Shown here piece by piece: positions 6,996 through 15,250 of a stretch of DNA of 37,878 nt (positions are counted from its first letter, which is position 1; each line of letters begins with the position of its first letter). The notes beneath the pieces were generated by a model. The model was not told where the DNA came from and made no database searches. It saw only the letters and a program-made list of their open reading frames with translations. Both the position numbers and the translations under genes were made by a program. This DNA comes from a virus (taxonomy: Duplodnaviria > Caudoviricetes). The DNA lies in the IMG/VR virus record IMGVR_UViG_3300020045_005114, positions 1-37,878 of that record, one strand, 5' to 3'.

Positions 6996-8671
6996 TATTG
7001 AAATCTTTTATTTGTTGGTAAAAATCCATTGTAAGGCATATCTTTCGGCTCTTTATAAACTAAGCTATTATTTGCTTCTGGAATAAATTTATTTTCTTTT
7101 CTTGTTTGAGCAGGTGTAACTTCAACTGATAACGGACTGTTAACATCGGGATTTTTGCTTCTATCTTTTTTTGCATATATCACTCTATACCATTTATGGT
7201 GACAATCACCACCGCCTTTGTATAACCAAATAGAATATGTATTTGCTCCCTCAGGACCCCATCCTGCGTTTACCGATTTACTACCCATTGCAATAATATC
7301 TTCTTTACGATATATCTTTGATGCACTTACCATTTTTTGGCAAAATTCCCTTTGTGGGTTATTTGAACCTGTATACTTATACCTTACTTTATAAATGTCG
7401 CTATCTTGCGCACTCTTTGCGTTTGGGTTTGCAGTTCCTGTTGTAGCTAATTGTAAGTCGATTTTTTCTTCTTCTTCATAGTCAACTTCCCTTTCATCTA
7501 TAATATCCCATTCGTTTAAATCTTCATCTTCACCCAATCCTAAAAACTCATCTAAAGCACTCTTTTTTTTTTCGTCGTGTGATTGCATTTGAACTGCTTT
7601 TTGTTCGGTTAACGGAACAAAATATAAGTCTAAATTAATATTGTAAAACGTTAGGATTTCTTCTAATGCTTCGGTTATATATCTTTGTTTTGGTTGTATC
7701 ACACGTTTCATTAATTGAGCTTCCGCCTCGTCTAATTCGTTTGCGTTATTACCTAATCCACCATCTGACATAATACCAAATAATTTAGGACTTACAACTT
7801 TGTGTCCCGTCATTATTTGCTGTCTGCTTTCACCCGTTAGATATTCCCATTGCTTATGTTGAGCATCATTTACAGGAAAAGGTATTACGGTAATTTCAGC
7901 ATCTCGACCGTTGAAACTAATCACAAAGTTCATAGCATTTGGTGAGCCTGTTAATTTAGCTTTTATTTTATTTTCTAAATCGTCCTTTTCTTCAGGAGAA
8001 TAAGTACCACCGTCTGGAATGTTTATAATATATCCAGCACTTAAACCTTTTTTAATTGAATTAATATAAAAATTAGCCAGTTCTTCCTCCATTTCAGCGT
8101 AGGGTAAAGCACTTAAATAGTCAGGGTCTGAAAAATAATTTTTACCAGCTTTATATGGCTTAATACAATAAATTTCGATATCTTCTTTTGAAGTTCCGAA
8201 AGCAGGATAATAAGTTGGTGTGTATTTTTGTGGATTACTCCAGTCTTTAGAATGCCAATAACCATCGATTACACCATCTTCATTTTCTAAACAAGGTACT
8301 ATCTGTTGTTTCGGAATATGATATATAGCGCCTAAACTTTTTTTATCTTTTGATTTAATTACTTGAATAGACGCCTCACCGAATAACTCAAAGTCAGAAA
8401 TAATTTTACGCAATTCTTTTGAACTAAAAAGAGAAACAAAGTTTATCCAAGCACTTGTATTCACATTTTTAGAACGTAAACCACTACCATATATAAGATT
8501 ACAATAGGAATCTATAATTGCTGAATTAGTAGGCGAACCGTTGAACCTATCAATAACATATTGATAAAATGAATTTTGTTTACCGTTTAAAACCCAATTT
8601 TTAGATTTGTTTTCCTCTAATTTAGGTCTTACGTAGTTACTTAGTTGTAATAATCTTATATCGTTACTCAT
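6995..8671 (-). CDS. portal protein with extra C-terminal domain
   Basis: SPTN.AII, Y..PDY, LTG..NA..F...FN, GH.V.SP.LFGI, GLGNNA.EL, I.P.Q; acidic linker then a Cys/His domain. Confidence 0.85.
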   Translation of the reverse strand: MSNDIRLLQLSNYVRPKLEENKSKNWVLNGKQNSFYQYVIDRFNGSPTNSAIIDSYCNLIYGSGLRSKNVNTSAWINFVSLFSSKELRKIISDFELFGEASIQVIKSKDKKSLGAIYHIPKQQIVPCLENEDGVIDGYWHSKDWSNPQKYTPTYYPAFGTSKEDIEIYCIKPYKAGKNYFSDPDYLSALPYAEMEEELANFYINSIKKGLSAGYIINIPDGGTYSPEEKDDLENKIKAKLTGSPNAMNFVISFNGRDAEITVIPFPVNDAQHKQWEYLTGESRQQIMTGHKVVSPKLFGIMSDGGLGNNANELDEAEAQLMKRVIQPKQRYITEALEEILTFYNINLDLYFVPLTEQKAVQMQSHDEKKKSALDEFLGLGEDEDLNEWDIIDEREVDYEEEEKIDLQLATTGTANPNAKSAQDSDIYKVRYKYTGSNNPQREFCQKMVSASKIYRKEDIIAMGSKSVNAGWGPEGANTYSIWLYKGGGDCHHKWYRVIYAKKDRSKNPDVNSPLSVEVTPAQTRKENKFIPEANNSLVYKEPKDMPYNGFLPTNKRFQ

Positions 8672-8969
8672 AAAAGTATAGGTCGTTTGTTGCTTTAAAA
8701 TCTTGTGTTATCTGAGAAGTTGCAAAAATTTTATCTCTGTAAATTATACCGTTGGCATCTGTTATTTTAACCTGATATTTATCGTTTTCCGAAAAATTAA
8801 AATCAAAAATTAATGTCATTATTCCGTTTTGCGTAACGTAAATAGGAGTCAATGTAGTTTCTACTTGCGTTAATTCATTATATAAAAACAAATCGATTTC
8901 CCCATCAGCATAGTAACGAGGTATAATTGCGATTAAATGCGTTGTATCGTTTGGGTCAACTTTCTTCAT
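8664..8969 (-). CDS. hypothetical structural protein
   Basis: First gene of the portal operon. Confidence 0.7.
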   Translation of the reverse strand: MKKVDPNDTTHLIAIIPRYYADGEIDLFLYNELTQVETTLTPIYVTQNGIMTLIFDFNFSENDKYQVKITDANGIIYRDKIFATSQITQDFKATNDLYFYE

Positions 8970-8970
8970 A

Positions 8971-9002
8971 TTATAAAAACAAAAAAACCGCTTTTTTGTT
9001 AC
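8971..9002 (-). promoter_or_regulatory. putative late promoter TAAC-N17-GTTT
   Basis: Minus strand TAAC-aaaaaagcggttttttt-GTTTTTATAA just before the ATG at 8969. Confidence 0.65.
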
Positions 9003-9020
9003 GAAACTAAAATATTTTTA

Positions 9021-9103
9021 TATATTTGCTAAACATAAACGTATGAAGATGTACGTGTCTATTTAAAAACTAAAAGACCTTACTTAATTGTAGGGTCTTT
9101 TTT
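9021..9103 (+). promoter_or_regulatory. host-type promoter with two-hairpin leader before moron genes
   Basis: TATATTTG at 9021-9028; ACGTA..TACGT hairpin; AAAAGACCTTAC..GTAGGGTCTTTT hairpin with T-run. Confidence 0.55.
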
Positions 9104-9116
9104 AATTTATAGTATT

Positions 9117-9335
9117 ATGGGAACATTTTTATTAGAATCAGTAAATAGTGAAAAAAAACCTATCTTTAATTATTCTGAGAATATTATCGATGGTTTATTA
9201 ACCAAAGATAAAAAACAAGTAGGAGAAAGGCTTATTATTAGTTTAGAGTTTATGAGCGATGGAGAAACATCTAAATTTTCAGATGGAGAAATTCATAGTG
9301 CAATATGGAAAGTTTTAACAGAACTAAAAAAATAA
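9117..9335 (+). CDS. moron, hypothetical protein
   Basis: Counter-oriented in the structural region, own promoter. Confidence 0.7.
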   Translation: MGTFLLESVNSEKKPIFNYSENIIDGLLTKDKKQVGERLIISLEFMSDGETSKFSDGEIHSAIWKVLTELKK

Positions 9336-9455
9336 ACTTATGAAGTATTTTCAATAATTAACATAAAAAATAACACAAGATAATAATAGAGTAAAAATGT
9401 ACGCTAATTATAGGTCTTATTCTTATTTATAAAAAAAACATTAATTTATATTATT

Positions 9456-9956
9456 ATGAACTTTACAGAAACATTAGTAGAAATCGGCTATAAACCATAT
9501 ATATTTATAAGCAAAAACAAATGGAATGCAACTGCTGAAAAACAAGCTAAAAATATATTAAACAATAATCCTGTTGGTATTGTTTTTAAAAGTGGAAGTT
9601 TTAATTCAGAAGAAAGTAGTTTTTTCGTGCCATGTACATTTAATCACATTTATACTTCTGCGAACTTTAACTGTATGCAAAATGGAGGAACTACCGTATA
9701 TTTTATTAAAGATAATAATTTTGAAAATCCTTTAGTTTTCGGATTAAATGAATATAATCAACCACCTACATTGATTTTTCCAAGACCTAATATAAAGTAT
9801 ATATTTTTTAATGAAAAGATAAATGAAAAAGATTATTATACTGAAAGATATGATTTGGCTATGAATTTTTGTTTAAAAAATGAAACCCCAATAGAAATAT
9901 TAAACGCTATTAAGTCAGGTTTTATATTTAATTATGATGTAACAAAAAACCCATAA
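9456..9956 (+). CDS. moron, hypothetical protein
   Basis: 166 aa, counter-oriented, ends in bidirectional terminator. Confidence 0.75.
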   Translation: MNFTETLVEIGYKPYIFISKNKWNATAEKQAKNILNNNPVGIVFKSGSFNSEESSFFVPCTFNHIYTSANFNCMQNGGTTVYFIKDNNFENPLVFGLNEYNQPPTLIFPRPNIKYIFFNEKINEKDYYTERYDLAMNFCLKNETPIEILNAIKSGFIFNYDVTKNP

Positions 9957-9972
9957 ATTAATTATGGGTTTT
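9944..9972. terminator. bidirectional terminator
   Basis: AAAACCCATAA-attaa-TTATGGGTTTT between convergent genes. Confidence 0.75.
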
Positions 9973-9993
9973 AAATAGAAAAATAAAAAAGAA

Positions 9994-10503
9994 TTAAACC
10001 AAAGCCAAAAATGCTGTTACGGTTGTAGCATCTAATTTAGGAGAAAGTGAACCTGTTGTAGAAACACCCGTAAGCGTGTAACCGTTTAAGTCTGCTTTTG
10101 CTCCACCTGTTGACTGAGCTACTGTAAAATCTATACCATCATCTATTCCGATAGCGTGAAAAATACCGTTTCTATCTTTTACGACTGCCATAGGGAAACC
10201 GTAAGCTAATATGTTCATTTGAGCCGAAGTAACTGCGTCAATTTTCTTAAGCACAAAAGTACTTGTTTGCGTGTTTACTGTCGTACCATTATTTCTGTCT
10301 GGTACTAAAGATTCTGCAACATTATTTCCATCTCCCTCAAGTTCATACTCAAAGACTGTTGTAAGGAGTGGATTAATTGCTGTTGCAACCCCTGCTAATA
10401 CCGTGAAAGGATTTTCAACAAAATTAAAAAGATATAGTTTCCCGATACCTCCTAAACCTTGCTTACAAGCCTTTTCTCTACCTGCTGTAATATCACAAGC
10501 CAT
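9994..10503 (-). CDS. major tail (tube) protein
   Basis: Follows capsid gene; MAC.IT.GR...CK..GGI, D.NG, G..DG, DLNGYTLT motifs. Confidence 0.7.
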   Translation of the reverse strand: MACDITAGREKACKQGLGGIGKLYLFNFVENPFTVLAGVATAINPLLTTVFEYELEGDGNNVAESLVPDRNNGTTVNTQTSTFVLKKIDAVTSAQMNILAYGFPMAVVKDRNGIFHAIGIDDGIDFTVAQSTGGAKADLNGYTLTGVSTTGSLSPKLDATTVTAFLALV

Positions 10504-10521
10504 ATAATTATTTGTTTAAAT

Positions 10522-10547
10522 TAAGGGCGATAACTAAACCGCCCTTG
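10522..10547 (-). terminator. hairpin after major capsid gene
   Basis: AAGGGCG...CGCCCTT inverted repeat. Confidence 0.55.
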
Positions 10548-10559
10548 TTACTTATTTAA

Positions 10560-11468
10560 TTATGCGATAGGTCTTGCCCAAACAATCTCAGCACCATTGT
10601 AGTAACCTACTCCAGCATTGTAAACCATAGTTCCGATAATTTTACCGTTAAGTAAAGTATCATCTTGGTCAATCATTCTAACCTCGTTGTGGTCTGCCAA
10701 TAATCCAGTTGCAAAGATTAAGTTTTTAGGTTCAGCAATAACGATTGTGTTAGCTGGCAATCCGTTAACCTCTTCAATCATGTATTTACCAAACTTCAAA
10801 GTTGTGTTTGCATCACCGCCCAATCCATTAGAAATTCCTTTTGAAATTAACCAAAAGTTATAATATTGTGCGATGTCTGGAGAAACACCAACTTTCAAAC
10901 CTTTTCTTCTTGTGTCGATAGGTACTGCGTTGATAGCAAGTTTAATCTGAGCTTCAACGTTAGCCTCAGTAACGGTGTCTAAATCAACATCGATAACAGT
11001 TGCATCAGCTAAAAATTGTTTCAAGAAACCATCAAATTCGTCTGCGTTTGTAGCGTCACCGTTCCAAATATTGTCATCTAATTCCTCAGCAGTTTGAGCC
11101 AATTTTTCAACAAGAATTGCATCCATTACATCTTTTGGTGCGCTGTCATTGTGAGCACTTGCACCCATAGAATCTTCACTCCATTGCGCTCTGAAATCTT
11201 CTTTACAAACTTCGAAATCATCTTTAAATTTCTTAGGTTCTAAAACTTTTTCGCTTAGTGTAATAGCTCCAGCAGGAACGTGTCCGCAAGTGTATTCTCT
11301 TTTACCACCTGTTAGGGCTATTTTTCTAAGATTTAGTTTATAATTTACGTTTGGAAATACAGTTACAAATCCTTTTGCAATTGTATCCGCTTCTTTGAAT
11401 GCTTGTCCTACTATCTCGCCCGCTTCTTTGCCTGCGTAGTTGGATGTTACTGTTGTAGTTGTAGCCAT
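10560..11468 (-). CDS. major capsid protein
   Basis: 302 aa after protease/scaffold; Y.G..AG, C.EDF...W, IW.GD, FDGF, NL.F.TGL..D.NEV. Confidence 0.85.
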   Translation of the reverse strand: MATTTTVTSNYAGKEAGEIVGQAFKEADTIAKGFVTVFPNVNYKLNLRKIALTGGKREYTCGHVPAGAITLSEKVLEPKKFKDDFEVCKEDFRAQWSEDSMGASAHNDSAPKDVMDAILVEKLAQTAEELDDNIWNGDATNADEFDGFLKQFLADATVIDVDLDTVTEANVEAQIKLAINAVPIDTRRKGLKVGVSPDIAQYYNFWLISKGISNGLGGDANTTLKFGKYMIEEVNGLPANTIVIAEPKNLIFATGLLADHNEVRMIDQDDTLLNGKIIGTMVYNAGVGYYNGAEIVWARPIA

Positions 11469-11471
11469 ATT

Positions 11472-12569
11472 TTAGTTTTTGTTTTTATTGATTGTGTTAA
11501 AAATTCTCTCTTTTGCACTCATTTTAGAAAAGTCTACTTGTACAGGTGTGCCGTTAATTGGTTTACTTGCTGGTTGTTTTGACAATTCAGTTATTTGAGT
11601 TTGTAATGTTTCGATTTGTTTCGATTGTTCGCTGTATTTTATCAAAATAGATTTGATTGCGCTTTCGATTTCGCTTGCGATTTTAGCATCGTTCGACACT
11701 TTACCATCTTCATTGCCTAAATCTTGTGCAGGTGCAGGCTCTCCCTCTGGTTCGCTTGCTGGTTTAATTTCTTCAACTATACCCTCAGTTACTACAATCA
11801 AGATAGTCCCATCTTCAAGAGGGTGTTCACCTACTGGTACAGGAACTTTCGTGCCATCTTCAGCAGTTACCCAGCATGATTTTCCTGCCTCTAAAACGTC
11901 TCCCTCAAATTCAATCTTAACGCTTCCATCCATAAGCATAACTTCACCTAATTTTATTTCGGTTTTTGCAGGATTGAAAGCAAGTAAAATCTTTTCAAGT
12001 AAAGAGTTTGTTTTTGCTTGTTCACTCATATTTATATTTGTTTTTAAATTTACTTCTTCTAAGCTAAGCATCGCATCAATTGAAAATCCTTGTACTTTGC
12101 CAGTCTTAACATAATCATTCCAAACTTCTTCACTATCTACTTTCATAACAGCAACCCATGACCCTTTAGGATATTTAAAACCAAAATTTGTTGATTTGTC
12201 AATATCAGGATTTTCGACTATCCAACTTTCAGTAAAAGTTACGCCTTGAATATTTTGCTTAACATCGTGCTCAATAGTTGAATTTGAATGACTATTATTT
12301 TTAAAGAAACCGTATGATAATTCTTTTATAGTTTCTTCATTAAAAACTATATTAAATTCCTCACCGTTTTGATTTCTGTAAATTGGTTTATTAGGTTCTA
12401 AAACTAAACCCATTAATATTTTTTGCTCCTCGTCTACGGTCTTAAATTGTATTTTCTCGTCCTTAGATAAAGCAATAAACAAACCCTCCATCGCTGGGTT
12501 TTCAACTAAAGAAATGCCATATACTCCTTTATTTGTAAGTGGATTGTATTTAGCTTGGTAGGTTTTCAT
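11472..12569 (-). CDS. XkdF-like prohead serine protease fused to scaffold domain
   Basis: ISLVE.PA.E, P.KPIYR, EH, ESW, GSW...MKV, GFSID; acidic coiled-coil C-terminal half. Confidence 0.85.
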   Translation of the reverse strand: MKTYQAKYNPLTNKGVYGISLVENPAMEGLFIALSKDEKIQFKTVDEEQKILMGLVLEPNKPIYRNQNGEEFNIVFNEETIKELSYGFFKNNSHSNSTIEHDVKQNIQGVTFTESWIVENPDIDKSTNFGFKYPKGSWVAVMKVDSEEVWNDYVKTGKVQGFSIDAMLSLEEVNLKTNINMSEQAKTNSLLEKILLAFNPAKTEIKLGEVMLMDGSVKIEFEGDVLEAGKSCWVTAEDGTKVPVPVGEHPLEDGTILIVVTEGIVEEIKPASEPEGEPAPAQDLGNEDGKVSNDAKIASEIESAIKSILIKYSEQSKQIETLQTQITELSKQPASKPINGTPVQVDFSKMSAKERIFNTINKNKN

Positions 12570-12570
12570 A

Positions 12571-12945
12571 TTATTGAAATGTGCTTGGGTCTTTAAAACC
12601 TGCTATTGTTGACCAAATTTCTTTTGCTACTGTTGCATTCTGATTTAAAGCGTCGTAACCCTTTATTTGACTTGGTGAAATTCCCAATTCTTTTGCTTGT
12701 AATTGAACTTTATTAGCAAGTGCTTTGCTATCAGCTTCTACATTACCAACTGAATTATATGTGCTAATCATTTTTTTATAAGGAACATCCGCCTTTGTTA
12801 AATAATCCTGATATGCTTTCCAAGAAACATCCGCATTTTTTAAAATAGTCACTGAATTACTATTCATTTTGGCAATATCATCAATCAAAGCAAGTTCGAT
12901 TTTTTGATTACTTTCAAACGCTAATTTTATTTCTTCTACTTTCAT
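12571..12945 (-). CDS. hypothetical helical protein (KIELA motif)
   Basis: First gene of the head operon. Confidence 0.75.
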   Translation of the reverse strand: MKVEEIKLAFESNQKIELALIDDIAKMNSNSVTILKNADVSWKAYQDYLTKADVPYKKMISTYNSVGNVEADSKALANKVQLQAKELGISPSQIKGYDALNQNATVAKEIWSTIAGFKDPSTFQ

Positions 12946-12960
12946 ATTTTTTTGTTATTT

Positions 12961-12992
12961 ATAATTAAACTAAATTATGTTACTATTGTTAT
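12961..12992 (-). promoter_or_regulatory. putative late promoter TAAC-N17-GTTT
   Basis: Minus strand TAAC-aatagtaacataattta-GTTTAATTAT upstream of 12945. Confidence 0.65.
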
Positions 12993-12999
12993 ATTTTTG

Positions 13000-14595
13000 C
13001 TAACCAAGTGATGCTTCACTTACTATATTCCTATCTAAACTTTGCGAAGTGCTTACGTCTGAACTTACTACATACGCTTTAATCGGTGCGCCTTGTTGTG
13101 CTAATCCTTGCGCTATTTGATTTGTTCCTGTGCCTTGTACTAAATTGAAAGATGGTGCGCTTGTTGTTGTTCCACCAGTCGAACCTCTACCTACAGCGTC
13201 ACCACCTCCACCACCTCCGCTTCCTAATAATTGCTTAGCTTTAGCAACATTTGAAAATATCATCGAAGCACTATTGGCGTAACTCGCAATGGTTGCTAAA
13301 GGACCTACAAAAGGCGCTGCTGGTCCTGCAACTGCTGCTGCTTCTTTTCCTGCTTTTATTGCCATTGGTATAGCTGTTGAAATCGCTGTCGAAGTATCGA
13401 CTGCAATTTGAGCAAGTGCGATTCCTTTTCTAATTGTTTGCGCTGCCTTTGATTTTTTTAATCCTAATGCTTCCAAAGAATCTATAATTGAAGCTGTGCT
13501 TTCAGCTATTAAAAGAGTTGCATCTTTTACATTTTGCTCTGTTTGTATTTTATTTTTAGCGTCTGTTTCTCTTTGCTTTTGCTGAGTTTCATATCTTTTT
13601 TGAGAAAGCATTAATTCGCTTTCCATTGTTTCTGATTTTTTCTTTTTATCTTCTTCTGCTTTTTCGAAATCAGTTTTTAACTTTTCGTCACGCAATACTT
13701 CAAACTCTTTTTCTACTTCATTAAATTTGCTTAACTCGTCTTTTCTGTCCTGTATCTTTTTTTCAAGTGCTTTTTTAGCTTCTTCTTTTGCTTTTTCAGA
13801 CGCTATTTTGTTTTCTTCATTGATTTTATCTTGCGCTTCTTTTCTAACCTTTGCTAAATCTTCATTACGCATTTTGTCAATAGCCAACAACTCACGATTC
13901 AAACGTTCAGCAAGTTTCTTTTGATTTGCACCCTCCTCTTTTATAGCTTCGTTATACGCATTCTTTGCATCTATTTTAGCTTTTGTATATTTATTAACTA
14001 AATCGCCCTCCTCAGCCATGAACTTTTTATTCATAGCTAAAGATTTATCAGCTTGCTCTGTTAAACTTGCTAAGGCTCTTTCTGCTTCACTTGTAACTCC
14101 TATAAAATCAGTAAAACCATTTACTAAATTTTCTACAAAATCCCCCACCTTTGCAAGTCCCGGAACAACATTTAAAACCGCTTGTTTAACTTTATCAAAG
14201 TTTGCAATTAACAAACCTAAACCAACAACCAAAGCACCTATACCTGTTGCAACTAAAGCGATTCTAAACAACTTCATTGCACCTGTCGATGTGCCTACAA
14301 CGGTACTGTAAATTGCTTGCTGGATTGACGCTAACTTTTGACTTTTAGTAAATAAAACAGACGCTTCAACTGCATCCTTTACAGTCATAGCAAGTCCACC
14401 TGTTGCATCGTTAAGCAATCCCATTGCACCGCCATTTTCTAAGACAGCATTTGAACTGTCGCCCATAGATTTAGCAACGCCATCATTTGTTTTAGAAACT
14501 TTATTAAGCGAACTGTTTAGCTCATCAACTTGTTTATTAACTTTATCGATTCCAGTTTCTTTAACAACTATGTTTATTTGTTTCTCGATAGCCAT
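13000..14595 (-). CDS. tail tape measure protein
   Basis: A/K/E-rich coiled coil, ATGIGALVV hydrophobic segment, C-terminal IKAYVVS.DV...Q. Confidence 0.85.
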   Translation of the reverse strand: MAIEKQINIVVKETGIDKVNKQVDELNSSLNKVSKTNDGVAKSMGDSSNAVLENGGAMGLLNDATGGLAMTVKDAVEASVLFTKSQKLASIQQAIYSTVVGTSTGAMKLFRIALVATGIGALVVGLGLLIANFDKVKQAVLNVVPGLAKVGDFVENLVNGFTDFIGVTSEAERALASLTEQADKSLAMNKKFMAEEGDLVNKYTKAKIDAKNAYNEAIKEEGANQKKLAERLNRELLAIDKMRNEDLAKVRKEAQDKINEENKIASEKAKEEAKKALEKKIQDRKDELSKFNEVEKEFEVLRDEKLKTDFEKAEEDKKKKSETMESELMLSQKRYETQQKQRETDAKNKIQTEQNVKDATLLIAESTASIIDSLEALGLKKSKAAQTIRKGIALAQIAVDTSTAISTAIPMAIKAGKEAAAVAGPAAPFVGPLATIASYANSASMIFSNVAKAKQLLGSGGGGGGDAVGRGSTGGTTTSAPSFNLVQGTGTNQIAQGLAQQGAPIKAYVVSSDVSTSQSLDRNIVSEASLG

Positions 14596-14714
14596 ATGCG
14601 TTTTATTTTTTTAAATGTATTATCTAAACTATTTTTTCCTTTCGCTATCTCTATATATTTACCCGCCCCGTAAAATGGATTAGATTGCAGTAATGTTATT
14701 ATCTCAGATATCAT
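14574..14714 (-). CDS. 46-aa protein (MISEII...YIEIAKG), not in ORF track
   Basis: Read manually; overlaps both neighbours as in translational coupling. Confidence 0.6.
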   Translation of the reverse strand: MISEIITLLQSNPFYGAGKYIEIAKGKNSLDNTFKKIKRIWLSRNK

Positions 14715-15250
14715 TTTCCTTTCCCTATTCTCGTTACGCATAAATATCTGTTTTTGATTGTCATCCCAACAATAGGGTTAACATATAGTAAACCTCCGTT
14801 ACTAAGGAATGAAGCCCCTACTGGTAATATCCAACTTGCAGAAAAGTAATCGTCTAAACCAGCGCCTTTTACAATCGGTTGGCTAACTGACCTATAATTA
14901 ACACCCCCAACTTTTAGAAAAACAGATAAAGATAAGTTTGTGCCTACGGGAACTACGCCCGTAAATGAAAAATCAACTCCTATAATGTCGTTAAGTGCCA
15001 CAGGTGTTATCTTAGCATTTGAATCCATCAAAGTCAAACCTCCATTTTCTTCTGGAGTTGCCGAGAATGAAACTAAATTATCCGTCAAAGCGGTGAGTGT
15101 TTGTGTATTTGTCGTGTCCGAAATACTTTGAAATCCAGTAGCGCTATATAACTCGTCAAAGTTATCATTTGTTTTATCGAATGCGACTCTTAAAACATCA
15201 CCTGTCCCATCGCCTGCCGTTGTTCCTATTCCTATTGTTTGTTTAGCCAT
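14711..15250 (-). CDS. tail tip / baseplate-associated protein
   Basis: N-terminal IG....DGTGD.LR.AF.K.N.NF.ELY resembles the N-terminal motif of T4 gp9/gp10-type baseplate proteins. Confidence 0.65.
   Translation of the reverse strand: MAKQTIGIGTTAGDGTGDVLRVAFDKTNDNFDELYSATGFQSISDTTNTQTLTALTDNLVSFSATPEENGGLTLMDSNAKITPVALNDIIGVDFSFTGVVPVGTNLSLSVFLKVGGVNYRSVSQPIVKGAGLDDYFSASWILPVGASFLSNGGLLYVNPIVGMTIKNRYLCVTRIGKGK

Noticed and set aside
9340-9450. Possible gene fragment between the moron ORFs
   Set aside because: Stops after a few codons and has no recognisable motif.
12957-12975. Additional Fur-box-like sequence ATTTATAATTAAACTAAAT
   Set aside because: Weaker match, no host-type promoter nearby, and better explained by the overlapping late promoter.
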